In this document: piece after piece, positions 1-6,637 of the stretch
Position numbering within the stretch: position 1 is the stretch's first letter
Layout: each line of letters begins with the position of its first letter
Source: Nitrososphaerota archaeon
GTDB taxonomy: Archaea; Thermoproteota; Nitrososphaeria; Nitrososphaerales; Gagatemarchaeaceae
Assembly (NCBI GenBank): GCA_027886885.1
Contig: JAPCJP010000042.1
Location: 1-14,260, forward strand
Direction of reading: 5' to 3'
Length of the DNA stretch: 14,260 nt
The notes under the pieces: model-generated
What the model saw: the letters and a program-made list of their open reading frames with translations, nothing else
Databases searched by the model: none
What the model was told of the DNA's origin: nothing
Program-made: the position numbers and the translations under genes

Positions 1-475
1 CGTACCAAATCTGATCCTGACCACAATCCTGGACGATGGGGTTGCTGGCACGAGTGCACAGCTCCATGTGCGTGAACCCGGGGGCGTCATTGAGCATGGT
101 GCCATTGGCGCCGATGTCCAGATTGACCAACTCAGTTTGTGCAGCTGGAGGGCACGATGTGTCTGTCAGGTACCAGATGGCGAGAAAGTAAGTATTGGGT
201 GTGGTCCCGGGCGACAGGAAGACCTGGTATGTGCAATCGGCGCAGGTGCCGCTTGAGCTGTCCTCCCAGATAGTGCCATTCACGCCAGCGAGAGAGGATG
301 GTATAGTTTGGGTTGAAACGCCGGTCGTGTTCGAATTGGCCGCAAGCGGCTCCGGGTGCGGGGAGAAACGCGCGCTGGTCAAACCTGCCTGACCGAGGGC
401 TGACGGGAGCAACGGACCACCGCACAGGAGAAGCAATCCGAAGAACAGCACCGCGCCCGTTGGTCCGAGCCCCAA
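1..475 (-). CDS. Partial CDS whose 3' end runs off the left edge: secreted or cell-surface protein with a hydrophobic N-terminal signal-like segment
   Basis: Missing from the ORF track because the window edge truncates it. The minus-strand frame (codons at + positions 2-4, 5-7, ...) has no stop from position 2 to about 488; I checked each triplet. Translation from TTG 475 (alternative GTG 451): MGLGPTGAVLFFGLLLLCGGPLLPSALGQAGLTSARFSPHPEPLAANSNTTGVSTQTIPSSLAGVNGTIWEDSSSGTCADCTYQVFLSPGTTPNTYFLAIWYLTDTSCPPAAQTELVNLDIGANGTMLNDAPGFTHMELCTRASNPIVQDCGQDQIWY... It has a hydrophobic N-terminus, N-x-S/T sequons and several Cys. A TATA-like CTTTTAC (rc of 501-507) lies about 29 nt upstream of the TTG. 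Confidence 0.5.
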   Translation of the reverse strand, partial: MGLGPTGAVLFFGLLLLCGGPLLPSALGQAGLTSARFSPHPEPLAANSNTTGVSTQTIPSSLAGVNGTIWEDSSSGTCADCTYQVFLSPGTTPNTYFLAIWYLTDTSCPPAAQTELVNLDIGANGTMLNDAPGFTHMELCTRASNPIVQDCGQDQIWY

Positions 476-628
476 ACCATCCGCTGAAATGGGTCAGACG
501 GTAAAAGCATTCCGGAAGAACCGAGTCTTTCCTTCTTGTCTAGCCGCAAGGACACCCCGCGGCCTGGGCATGAGTGCGACCGCTCCGTCACCGGTTGGCG
601 CTTATCTGCTCCGGCGTCCATGTCTGGT

Positions 629-793
629 ATGGCAGAATGCAAAATTTGTGAGAAGGAGGGGTCGATACTCTCGGTCACAGGGATGCAGATCCCCGTCGGA
701 GAAAGGTGCTACACGAAGCTGATTACCAGAGACGTGGTCTGGGACTCGGACACCAAGCTCGGGAAGCTAGAAGAGATGCTCGAGATAGGTTAA
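629..793 (+). CDS. Candidate small protein (54 aa), unknown function
   Basis: This is the 3' part of track ORF 536..793: MAECKICEKEGSILSVTGMQIPVGERCYTKLITRDVVWDSDTKLGKLEEMLEIG. CTTATCT at 601-607 lies 25 nt upstream of ATG 629, the same spacing and box type as other genes here. An alternative ATG is at 620. No recognisable domain; it has a CxxC plus one further Cys. Confidence 0.3.
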   Translation: MAECKICEKEGSILSVTGMQIPVGERCYTKLITRDVVWDSDTKLGKLEEMLEIG

Positions 794-885
794 GAGCTAC
801 CTCCTGATTCACCATGGTCTGACGGCCGGTCAAGGAACGGTCGTGGGACCCTTTCGCATAGGGTTCGTTGCGCCATTGACAGGTT

Positions 886-1854
886 CTACCATCGTTTCTT
901 TCCGGGATGCATCGCGTGCTCCACCTCCCGTCTCTTTTGATGGGTGGACGAGTCCCATAGTTCCCGGACTTTGGAGGCGTATTCCTTGGCGTCCTTCTCG
1001 ACTGCACGAAACGCATCAAGGTCGGACCGGATTCGCGCCGACAGCTGCTCTGGAGACTCGGGCACTGGACGTTCATCTCTTCGGTATGTGTACGGCTTGA
1101 GGAGCGGCTCGAGGTCGCGAGTTGGCCGGGCCAAGAACGAAGCGCCACGCACCAACTCCTCCAGGTTTGAGGTCGCCCCCAGGATTTCCCTGAGGTGAGC
1201 TTCTATCTGGCGAGCGAGGGCCGAGAACCAGAAATAATTCCAATTGAAGACGTAATCTCCGAAAGGGGATTGCATCGCTGTTTCTCCGGACCCTACTTTG
1301 GGGTTAAGCCGCTTTACTTCGTCCGCTATCCGGGCGACGAGCGCAGGAGCCGGGGCCGTCGGAACGAGGAAGAACCTGAACCATTCAGCCCATTTGTCGG
1401 TGGACTCCACGTTTGAGCGGTCGCCTGCCATGCCGTAGAGGTCGGATGTGCGGTCAAGCTTCTCCACCAATTCTATCAACCCATCGAGCTTCAGTCCGGG
1501 CATCTCGAAAGCTTCCCAGATTTCAGCCTCCGCTATGGCGGCGTCAAACCACGGCACGTTGCTGGCGTCGTACGACTCCGCGAGGCTCCTCCCCTGCAGG
1601 AACTCGAACCTTGCGCTTGCCCAGTTGCCTTCTTCGCGTGCAACTATCCCCCTCCACCTTCTGACGGTACACGTCAGCAGTGACTTGTGCGCCAAATCGC
1701 GACCGTACTCCTCGACTGCTTTCTCCAGGGTCGAAATCGCCTCTTTTTGGATAGCGACACGCTCTCTCTCGCTCTTCTCGGAAGCGCTCATCCAGAGCAA
1801 GAACGCCTCCCGTTCGCTAACTGCAGTCAGAGGAAGATCAACCCCAAACCCCAT
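886..1854 (-). CDS. Hypothetical cytoplasmic protein (322 aa), no recognisable domain
   Basis: Complete ORF from ATG 1854 to TAG 886. The composition looks helical and is rich in Trp, Glu and Arg, with no TM segments. A TATA-like CTTTTAGC (rc of 1875-1882) lies about 24 nt upstream of the ATG. Confidence 0.75.
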   Translation of the reverse strand: MGFGVDLPLTAVSEREAFLLWMSASEKSERERVAIQKEAISTLEKAVEEYGRDLAHKSLLTCTVRRWRGIVAREEGNWASARFEFLQGRSLAESYDASNVPWFDAAIAEAEIWEAFEMPGLKLDGLIELVEKLDRTSDLYGMAGDRSNVESTDKWAEWFRFFLVPTAPAPALVARIADEVKRLNPKVGSGETAMQSPFGDYVFNWNYFWFSALARQIEAHLREILGATSNLEELVRGASFLARPTRDLEPLLKPYTYRRDERPVPESPEQLSARIRSDLDAFRAVEKDAKEYASKVRELWDSSTHQKRREVEHAMHPGKKRW

Positions 1855-1874
1855 GATAATGAGGGTAGTTGCGT

Positions 1875-1882
1875 GCTAAAAG
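1875..1882 (-). promoter_or_regulatory. TATA-like box for the 322-aa ORF
   Basis: CTTTTAGC on the minus strand, about 24 nt upstream of ATG 1854. Confidence 0.4.
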
Positions 1883-1892
1883 GAGTTCTGAA

Positions 1893-1917
1893 GGGTTCAT
1901 CGCGCCTGAGCCGGGGA
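1893..1917 (+). repeat. Intergenic conserved motif, copy 1
   Basis: GGGTTCATCGCGCCTGAGCCGGGGA. It lies in the divergent promoter region between the TATA-like boxes at 1875-1882 (-) and 1945-1952 (+). Confidence 0.8.
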
Positions 1918-1944
1918 GGAAGGACCTGTGGCTTCAAAATAGGC

Positions 1945-1952
1945 GTAAATAT
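1945..1952 (+). promoter_or_regulatory. TATA-like box for the 113-aa ORF
   Basis: GTAAATAT follows an A-rich stretch (CAAAATAGG) and is centred 27 nt upstream of TTG 1976. Confidence 0.4.
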
Positions 1953-1975
1953 CTGCTACCTAGTCGTCATACGAC

Positions 1976-2317
1976 TTGGACAGCCAACGCAGTTGGGCGA
2001 TCATCGGCGCCAACCTCGGCAAGCTCGTGGAGTTGATGCTGACCGTCCCGAAGGGGACTTCGGTCGACGTCTTCTGTGATCCGACCGGCAAGATTCTCTC
2101 ATTCTCCGGCCCTTCGGGTCCAGCGAATCTCAAACTCTGCGCAGTGAGCCCACCCGACCTGGATGGGAGCTACGGCGTTCACCCGCAGGGCAGCGGCTTC
2201 GTTAACGACGATGGAGAGGAGATACCGAAGGACCAGCTACCGGCTTACCTCGTCAAGTATATCGAGGGGGCGAGGGATGGAGGGGCTGAGTGGGGATGGG
2301 AGTTCAAGCTTCCTTGA
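1976..2317 (+). CDS. Hypothetical protein (113 aa)
   Basis: The ORF has a TTG start at 1976, 27 nt downstream of the centre of GTAAATAT (1945-1952). An alternative ATG is at 2036. It is convergent with the nitroreductase gene across a 16-nt gap. I recognise no motif. Confidence 0.5.
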   Translation: MDSQRSWAIIGANLGKLVELMLTVPKGTSVDVFCDPTGKILSFSGPSGPANLKLCAVSPPDLDGSYGVHPQGSGFVNDDGEEIPKDQLPAYLVKYIEGARDGGAEWGWEFKLP

Positions 2318-2333
2318 ACCGTCCGAATTAGAC

Positions 2334-3977
2334 TCAGCGGCTGATTGAACCGGCCGCCATCTGTTCTCTGGTCAGCCTCTTCGGGAGCACCCTTCCGAAC
2401 CTCGCCCTGTAGCCGGGGACCCCGATGCCGAGCGCCATCATAGGGGTCATCTTGGATGCGCTGGGAGAAAAGAACTCGGTCACCTGGTCATCGTAGAACG
2501 TCGTTCCCGATGCTCCCATGCCCTGCGCATAGCTCGCCAGGTACATCCTCCCCGCCGCCACGCCGGCCTCGAATTGGGCGGCTCTGTACCCCCGGTCTCC
2601 GAGGAGGCGCAGGTCTTCACCTAGCTCGGTCATCAGGAAGAGCACGGCGCTCGCGCCGGTGAAGAGGGGCTGGCCGAGGCAGAGATAACCGCCCACATCT
2701 CTGAACTCACCCGACCTCAGCTGCTCCAGGGAGCCGGAGGCGCGGTCGAGGCGGTAGCTCCCGTTGGGCAGGCCCTTCACCGCGTTGGAGATCAGATATG
2801 TTTCCAGTAGGGTCTCCCGGGAAGGCAGGCCCAGCGGCACGCCCCTGGTGGAGTAATAGAGCACGTTCGACAGCTGCTCGTATGTTATCGGCTCGGGAGA
2901 GAACCTCCGGGTCGAGCCTCTCCTCAGGATAGCCTGGGCGAGGTCGGGTCCTTCGTCCGGCCTTTGCAACGTCCGCTCCAGCGGATAGCTTCGGTCGGAA
3001 AGGGGCGCGGTGGGGCTGGGTGCTCTCTCCTCCCGCGACTTGGTCCATGTTATCACCTCGCTGAAATCACGCAGGCCGGAGGCCTCGTGCGCTTCCCACA
3101 CATCGGGAGATTCTACCTCGGTCCTGGAGAGCGGGAGGAAGTCTGGGTCGATGGGGGGTGGGAGTTCGTCAGGAGACCTTCCACCGGCGGGCTGGCCGGA
3201 CGCGCTGGCGGACATCCCCAGCGGGCATATCGCGATCGCAGCCTCCTTCCTCGCCCTCAAGCCGAGGAGCCTGTTGACGGCTTCGTCCTCGAAACCGAGG
3301 ACCACGGACGAGCGAAGCCCAGCCGAGCTGGCCGTCGCGAGGAGGTTTGCCGCGATGACCCCACCGTCCCAGAACCAATGTCTGTACGAGCGCGCTTGAT
3401 ACTTCCATGAGTTCCTCCACGCCATCGAGGTGAGAACTATGGATGCGGGCGCTGCGGAGATGTCGGGGCGTAGTCCGGCGTAAGAGGACAGCGTCCTCGT
3501 CCAGTCTCCGCCTCTTAGCCGGGAGAGCGAGAAATCACCGGGAGAGAAGTGATACACGCCCGCTTCAAGACCCTCGAGCTTCTTGCAGACGACGTACAGC
3601 TCGATGGGGTATAGCGCTCCCGTCGCCGGGGCTGCCCTGAAGTAGAACGTCCCCCGTCCCTGGACCTTGACCTCGCGGGTTATCCCTGCGGAGAAGAAGA
3701 GGAGCTCCGCCAGGGTATCGACGCCCATGGCGGCTGAATCCTTGTCCTTTGGAACGGTGCTGATGGCAATGAGAGCGTTGAGTGCCGGCTTGAGAAAGTC
3801 TGTTGGAAGGTCCTGGAGGGGCAGTGCCGTATACACTTTGAAAGGGCTCGGTTTGTTATCCCAGTCCAGATAGTGTCCCGAGGTCCTCACGCTGACCTCG
3901 GAGTGCTTGGTGGCTTCGTGGTACTCTGACGCCTTGCTCCCCGGTCCGTTCATGTTGGAATCGGGTGGCGCGATCAT
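2334..3977 (-). CDS. SagB-type dehydrogenase / nitroreductase-family protein with two tandem nitroreductase-like halves (547 aa)
   Basis: The N-terminus has SEYHEATKHSE, GALYPIELYVV and GVYHFSPGDF, which are typical of the SagB-type dehydrogenase domain. The C-terminal half has an FMN-nitroreductase signature, RRGSTRRFSPEPITYEQL ... GYRAAQFEAGVAAGRMYL ... GTTFYDD. An alternative start, ATG 3953 (MNGPGSK), lies 25 nt downstream of CTTTATGA (rc of 3974-3981). Confidence 0.85.
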   Translation of the reverse strand: MIAPPDSNMNGPGSKASEYHEATKHSEVSVRTSGHYLDWDNKPSPFKVYTALPLQDLPTDFLKPALNALIAISTVPKDKDSAAMGVDTLAELLFFSAGITREVKVQGRGTFYFRAAPATGALYPIELYVVCKKLEGLEAGVYHFSPGDFSLSRLRGGDWTRTLSSYAGLRPDISAAPASIVLTSMAWRNSWKYQARSYRHWFWDGGVIAANLLATASSAGLRSSVVLGFEDEAVNRLLGLRARKEAAIAICPLGMSASASGQPAGGRSPDELPPPIDPDFLPLSRTEVESPDVWEAHEASGLRDFSEVITWTKSREERAPSPTAPLSDRSYPLERTLQRPDEGPDLAQAILRRGSTRRFSPEPITYEQLSNVLYYSTRGVPLGLPSRETLLETYLISNAVKGLPNGSYRLDRASGSLEQLRSGEFRDVGGYLCLGQPLFTGASAVLFLMTELGEDLRLLGDRGYRAAQFEAGVAAGRMYLASYAQGMGASGTTFYDDQVTEFFSPSASKMTPMMALGIGVPGYRARFGRVLPKRLTREQMAAGSISR

Positions 3978-4100
3978 AAAGAAGGTTCCGCCCTTTGGGT
4001 TTTGCCTGATTCCCCAGGCCTGTTATTCTCCTACTCGTAAACCGACTCTGCGGGTCCAGTGAGCTTCCCCGGATTGCCCGCGTCCGTCGGAACGTTCTCA

Positions 4101-4304
4101 CTATGGCGACTTTTCTTCTTCCCGGTCTTCAATCTCCTCTGACTCGTGCTCCTCGGACTCCTCTTCGGTCTCATCCTCCATCTCTTCGTCCTCTGCCTCT
4201 TCTACCGACTCGACGTCGGGTTCTGCATCTTTCTCGTGCTCTTGCTCTATCGCCTCAGCTTCTTCCTTTGATTCCTTGACGTCGTCATTGCTCAACGCGG
4301 CCAC
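4101..4304 (-). CDS. Hyper-acidic small protein (67 aa, mostly Glu/Asp)
   Basis: GTG start at 4304 and TAG at 4101 followed directly by TGA. Sequence: MAALSNDDVKESKEEAEAIEQEHEKDAEPDVESVEEAEDEEMEDETEEESEEHESEEIEDREEEKSP. ATAAATA (rc of 4328-4334) is centred 27 nt upstream of the GTG. Low complexity makes the coding call less certain. Confidence 0.55.
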   Translation of the reverse strand: MAALSNDDVKESKEEAEAIEQEHEKDAEPDVESVEEAEDEEMEDETEEESEEHESEEIEDREEEKSP

Positions 4305-4327
4305 TGAGGAAACTCAGGTTCACCCGG

Positions 4328-4334
4328 TATTTAT
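4328..4334 (-). promoter_or_regulatory. TATA-like box for the acidic-protein gene
   Basis: ATAAATA on the minus strand, centred 27 nt upstream of GTG 4304. Confidence 0.45.
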
Positions 4335-4368
4335 GCCGTGAAACTGCGGTCGATTACGCCCATGTGTA

Positions 4369-4393
4369 GGGTTCATTGCGCATCCGCCTGGGA
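4369..4393 (+). repeat. Intergenic conserved motif, copy 2
   Basis: GGGTTCATTGCGCATCCGCCTGGGA, preceded by CATGTGTA. It is 59 nt downstream of the vapC stop and 65 nt upstream of the acidic-protein GTG. Confidence 0.85.
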
Positions 4394-4451
4394 TAATCGC
4401 CCACACGTTGGGCTATAGTGCAAGATGAGCGGTAATTGGAGGCACAGGTCC

Positions 4452-4898
4452 CTATACTCTTCTAGGGAGGTCCTTGATTGCTACGATGATATCCGAGTCG
4501 TACCCGTTTTCTTGCAGAAAGCTTTTCAGTTCTTTGTCTAGAGACAGAAAAAGCATCCCCGAGTCGGCGGCGGTAGCATAGAGTATGTTGTCGATGTTGT
4601 CCTTGTGCCCCTTGCTGCGCAGTTCGAGCGCGAGGTGGATCGCGCTAGAGGACGGAGCGACCCACTTGTATGTTCCCGAGGCGAACAGACTTTTGATGCC
4701 CATCCCGACCGCCGCGTCGTCTATTTTCTTGGACTTGCCGAGAAGCCCTAGTATCTCGACGAAGCTTACGTGGGAGCAGCAGAGTGCCGTTCGTTGCCTG
4801 ATGGCTCCAAGCGTTTCAAGGTCTTTCGAGCTGATCTCCTCGACCTCTACGCCGAGCGTGGGAAGCAAGAAGGAAGTGTCCAACAAGATCTCAGGCAT
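4452..4898 (-). CDS. vapC: PIN-domain ribonuclease toxin, VapC family
   Basis: 148 aa. The N-terminal MPEILLDTSFLL carries the PIN Asp at position 7. Further conserved acidic positions are E48 (FVEILG), D112 (ATAADSG) and D121 (LSLDKEL). Its ATG overlaps the stop of the upstream antitoxin gene (ATGCCTGA, 4891-4898). Confidence 0.9.
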   Translation of the reverse strand: MPEILLDTSFLLPTLGVEVEEISSKDLETLGAIRQRTALCCSHVSFVEILGLLGKSKKIDDAAVGMGIKSLFASGTYKWVAPSSSAIHLALELRSKGHKDNIDNILYATAADSGMLFLSLDKELKSFLQENGYDSDIIVAIKDLPRRV

Positions 4899-5127
4899 AC
4901 AGCTCAGACTGCTCTTTTTCTGATTCCGACTCGATCTCTCTTGCGGTGACCTTCATCCATTTTTTTGAGCGCAGGGCGACCTCGATCGGGTCGGGCAGCG
5001 GCTCGACGACCAGTTTGCCGTCCTCTATCTCGTATCTTACCCTCTGTCCTTCCTTGAGTCCAAGGCGGCTTACGAGGTCTTTCGGCGGGTAGAGAGCAAA
5101 CTTCTTGGCGACCTTTCCCTCGCTCAT
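4891..5127 (-). CDS. vapB: AbrB/SpoVT-family antitoxin, VapB-type
   Basis: MSEGKVAKKFALYPPKDLVSRLGLKEGQRVRYEIEDGKLVVEPLP is a swapped-hairpin AbrB/MazE-like DNA-binding domain, followed by an acidic tail. There is an 8-nt overlap with vapC. The track extends the ORF to TTG 5160; I prefer ATG 5127. Confidence 0.85.
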   Translation of the reverse strand: MSEGKVAKKFALYPPKDLVSRLGLKEGQRVRYEIEDGKLVVEPLPDPIEVALRSKKWMKVTAREIESESEKEQSELYA

Positions 5128-5197
5128 GTGATTACCGGGTAATCGATGATATCCTGGCAAATAAGCTTTACCCGGTCATTTGAGTTTACCCTGTATA

Positions 5198-5222
5198 ACG
5201 TTCATTGCGCCTTCGCCGGGAA
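5198..5222 (+). repeat. Intergenic conserved motif, copy 3
   Basis: ACGTTCATTGCGCCTTCGCCGGGAA, preceded by CTGTATA. It lies in the divergent region between vapB and the YVTN gene. Confidence 0.85.
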
Positions 5223-5297
5223 TGACCTCTCATGCGTCATGGGTTCGTCCTGGTCGATGACGCAAACTGGCGGGCGCTCTGAGACGCTTCCGAAGTC

Positions 5298-5304
5298 TTA
5301 AATC
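5298..5304 (+). promoter_or_regulatory. TATA-like box for the YVTN operon
   Basis: CTTAAAT, centred 34 nt upstream of TTG 5335. Confidence 0.4.
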
Positions 5305-5334
5305 GAACATCTTCCGATAGAATCATCGAGAACT

Positions 5335-6612
5335 TTGCCGGTTTCATATCGCGGGTTCATCCGCAAGACATCCGTCATGATTCTACTTGTCCTCTTAGTC
5401 TTAGGTTCGGCTTTGGTTGTTCCTTTCGCCAGGGCCCAGACCGGTGTGGCGACCGTAAGCGTACCGGGTACACCCCAGAGCCTCGCCTACGATTCAGGAA
5501 AGGGCGAGGTCTTCGTAATAGATTTGGGCGCCAGGGGCTCCGTCCTATCCGACGCCACCAATACCGTCGTCGCGAACCTTACCCTACCCGCTGGAAGCAG
5601 CCCCGAGGGTGCTATCTACGATTCAGGAAAGGGTGAGGTCTTCGTCGCCGATAGCGGTAACGCCGCTGTCTCCGTGATATCCGACTCGACGAACAAAGTC
5701 ATCGCCAACGTGGGCGTTGGAGGTACCCCCGACGGGTTGGCGTACGACTCCGCCAAGGGGGAAGTGTTCGTGGCAAACGGTCTCGATGACACCCTTTCCG
5801 TCATTTCCGACGCCACCAATACCGTCATCGCGAACGTAACCCTTCCCACAGGGAGCTCCCCCGAGGGCCTGGCATACGACCCCGCAAAGAGCGAAGTGTT
5901 CGTGGCGGATAATGGTGCGGGCAATGTCTCGGTGGTATCAGACTCCACCAACGGTGTCGTCGCGAACGTGGTCACCTATGGTAGCCCTACGGGCCTTGCC
6001 TACGACCCAGCAAAGGGCCAAGTGTTTGTGGACAATTTTGGCGACGGTTTCGCCGTGATATCAGACGCTAGCAACGCGGTCGTCGCGAACGTGGTCTTGC
6101 CTGCAGGGGGGAGCGTCGGGTCTGTAGCCTACGACTCCGCCAAGGGGGATGTAATCGTAGGAAACTACGGGTCGAACACGATCTCCGCGGTATCTGACAG
6201 CAGCGACAAGATAGTAGCGAACGTCACGGTAGGAAGCGAACCCTATGATGTAGCCTACGACCCTGGGAAGGGCGAAATCTTCGTAGCCAATAGTGGCAAT
6301 TCCACTGTCTCCGTGGTACCAGATGCCGCACTGTCGTCAACGACCTCGAGCAGCTCGAGCACCTCGACCACATCCACCCCAGTGAGCTCCACGTCGACCG
6401 CCACGAGCGCACCGACTTCGTCCACTGCGGCCAGCAGTGTCACGAGCTCCAGTTCAACGACGGCGCAGACCTCCACAACAAGCTCGACGGGTGGGGGAGG
6501 GGGAGTGCCGGAGTTTCCCTACCAGTTCTTTGTGGCGGCGCTCTTCACCGTTCTCTTGACAGCGACTTATCTTCTAGTTCGGCGTCGCACTTCATTCGGG
6601 CGCCTAGAGTAA
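5335..6612 (+). CDS. YVTN-family 7-bladed beta-propeller surface protein with a Ser/Thr-rich linker and a PEF-CTERM-like C-terminal sorting signal
   Basis: The signal peptide is MPVSYRGFIRKTSVMILLVLLVLGSALVVPFARA/Q with a TTG start; the internal ATG at 5377 would lose the basic n-region. There are seven repeats of about 42 aa, P.GLAYD..KGEVFVA......VSVISD.TN.V.ANV. A roughly 55-aa S/T tract is followed by GGGGG-VPEFP, a TM helix and RRR. CTTAAAT at 5298-5304 lies upstream. Confidence 0.9.
   Translation: MPVSYRGFIRKTSVMILLVLLVLGSALVVPFARAQTGVATVSVPGTPQSLAYDSGKGEVFVIDLGARGSVLSDATNTVVANLTLPAGSSPEGAIYDSGKGEVFVADSGNAAVSVISDSTNKVIANVGVGGTPDGLAYDSAKGEVFVANGLDDTLSVISDATNTVIANVTLPTGSSPEGLAYDPAKSEVFVADNGAGNVSVVSDSTNGVVANVVTYGSPTGLAYDPAKGQVFVDNFGDGFAVISDASNAVVANVVLPAGGSVGSVAYDSAKGDVIVGNYGSNTISAVSDSSDKIVANVTVGSEPYDVAYDPGKGEIFVANSGNSTVSVVPDAALSSTTSSSSSTSTTSTPVSSTSTATSAPTSSTAASSVTSSSSTTAQTSTTSSTGGGGGVPEFPYQFFVAALFTVLLTATYLLVRRRTSFGRLE
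5473..6330 (+). repeat. Intragenic tandem repeats with a period of about 126-129 nt, encoding the YVTN blades
   Basis: The similarity is visible at DNA level. CTACGATTCAGGAAAGGGCGAGGTCTTCGT (5487-5516) matches CTACGATTCAGGAAAGGGTGAGGTCTTCGT (5616-5645) at 29 of 30 positions. GACGCCACCAATACCGTC(G/A)TCGCGAAC recurs near 5551 and 5811. Confidence 0.85.
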
Positions 6613-6620
6613 GAGAGGCT

Positions 6621-6628
6621 AGGAGAGG
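6621..6628 (+). promoter_or_regulatory. Shine-Dalgarno-like site for the downstream membrane-protein gene
   Basis: AGGAGAGG lies 9 nt upstream of ATG 6638, inside the 25-nt gap after the YVTN stop. This implies co-transcription. Confidence 0.5.
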
Positions 6629-6637
6629 ATTGGAAAG

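Noticed and set aside
566-594. Possible degenerate eighth and ninth copies of the main motif. These are GGGCATGAGTGCGACCGCTCCGTCACCGG at 566-594 and TGTAAATGATTCGTGTCCGCGAAG at about 13785-13808.
   Set aside because: Each needs several indels or mismatches to align, and the ATTGCGC core is absent. I did not count them. A genome-derived weight matrix could revisit them.
886-888. TAG codons as possible pyrrolysine read-through sites, given the archaeal context.
   Set aside because: TAG ends four well-delimited ORFs: the 322-aa ORF, the acidic protein (followed at once by TGA), vapC and the 193-aa membrane protein. Read-through gives no meaningful extension. No methylamine methyltransferase or pyl genes are present.
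723-1198. Track ORFs 723..1148 (-), 843..1100 (+) and 944..1198 (+).
   Set aside because: They are alternative-frame or antisense overlaps of the 322-aa ORF (886..1854) and its 3' flank. All are Arg/Ser/Pro-rich with no features. The 322-aa frame is much longer and has a well-placed promoter.
4400-4412. A second shared intergenic sequence: CCCACACGTTGGG (4400-4412) and CCCACGCGTTGGG (11451-11463). A looser resemblance exists between 5222-5250 and 11440-11475.
   Set aside because: A 12-of-13 match between two sites is expected by chance many times in an all-against-all comparison of 14 kb. Even restricted to intergenic DNA it is not significant. There are only two copies, and their spacing to the main motif is inconsistent.
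5244-5285. Possible box C/D sRNA, with GATGA at about 5247-5251 and CTGA at about 5279-5282.
   Set aside because: The C box is imperfect (UCGAUGA versus RUGAUGA). The C-to-D distance of about 30 nt is too short for the archaeal C/D'/C'/D layout, and no terminal stem is present.
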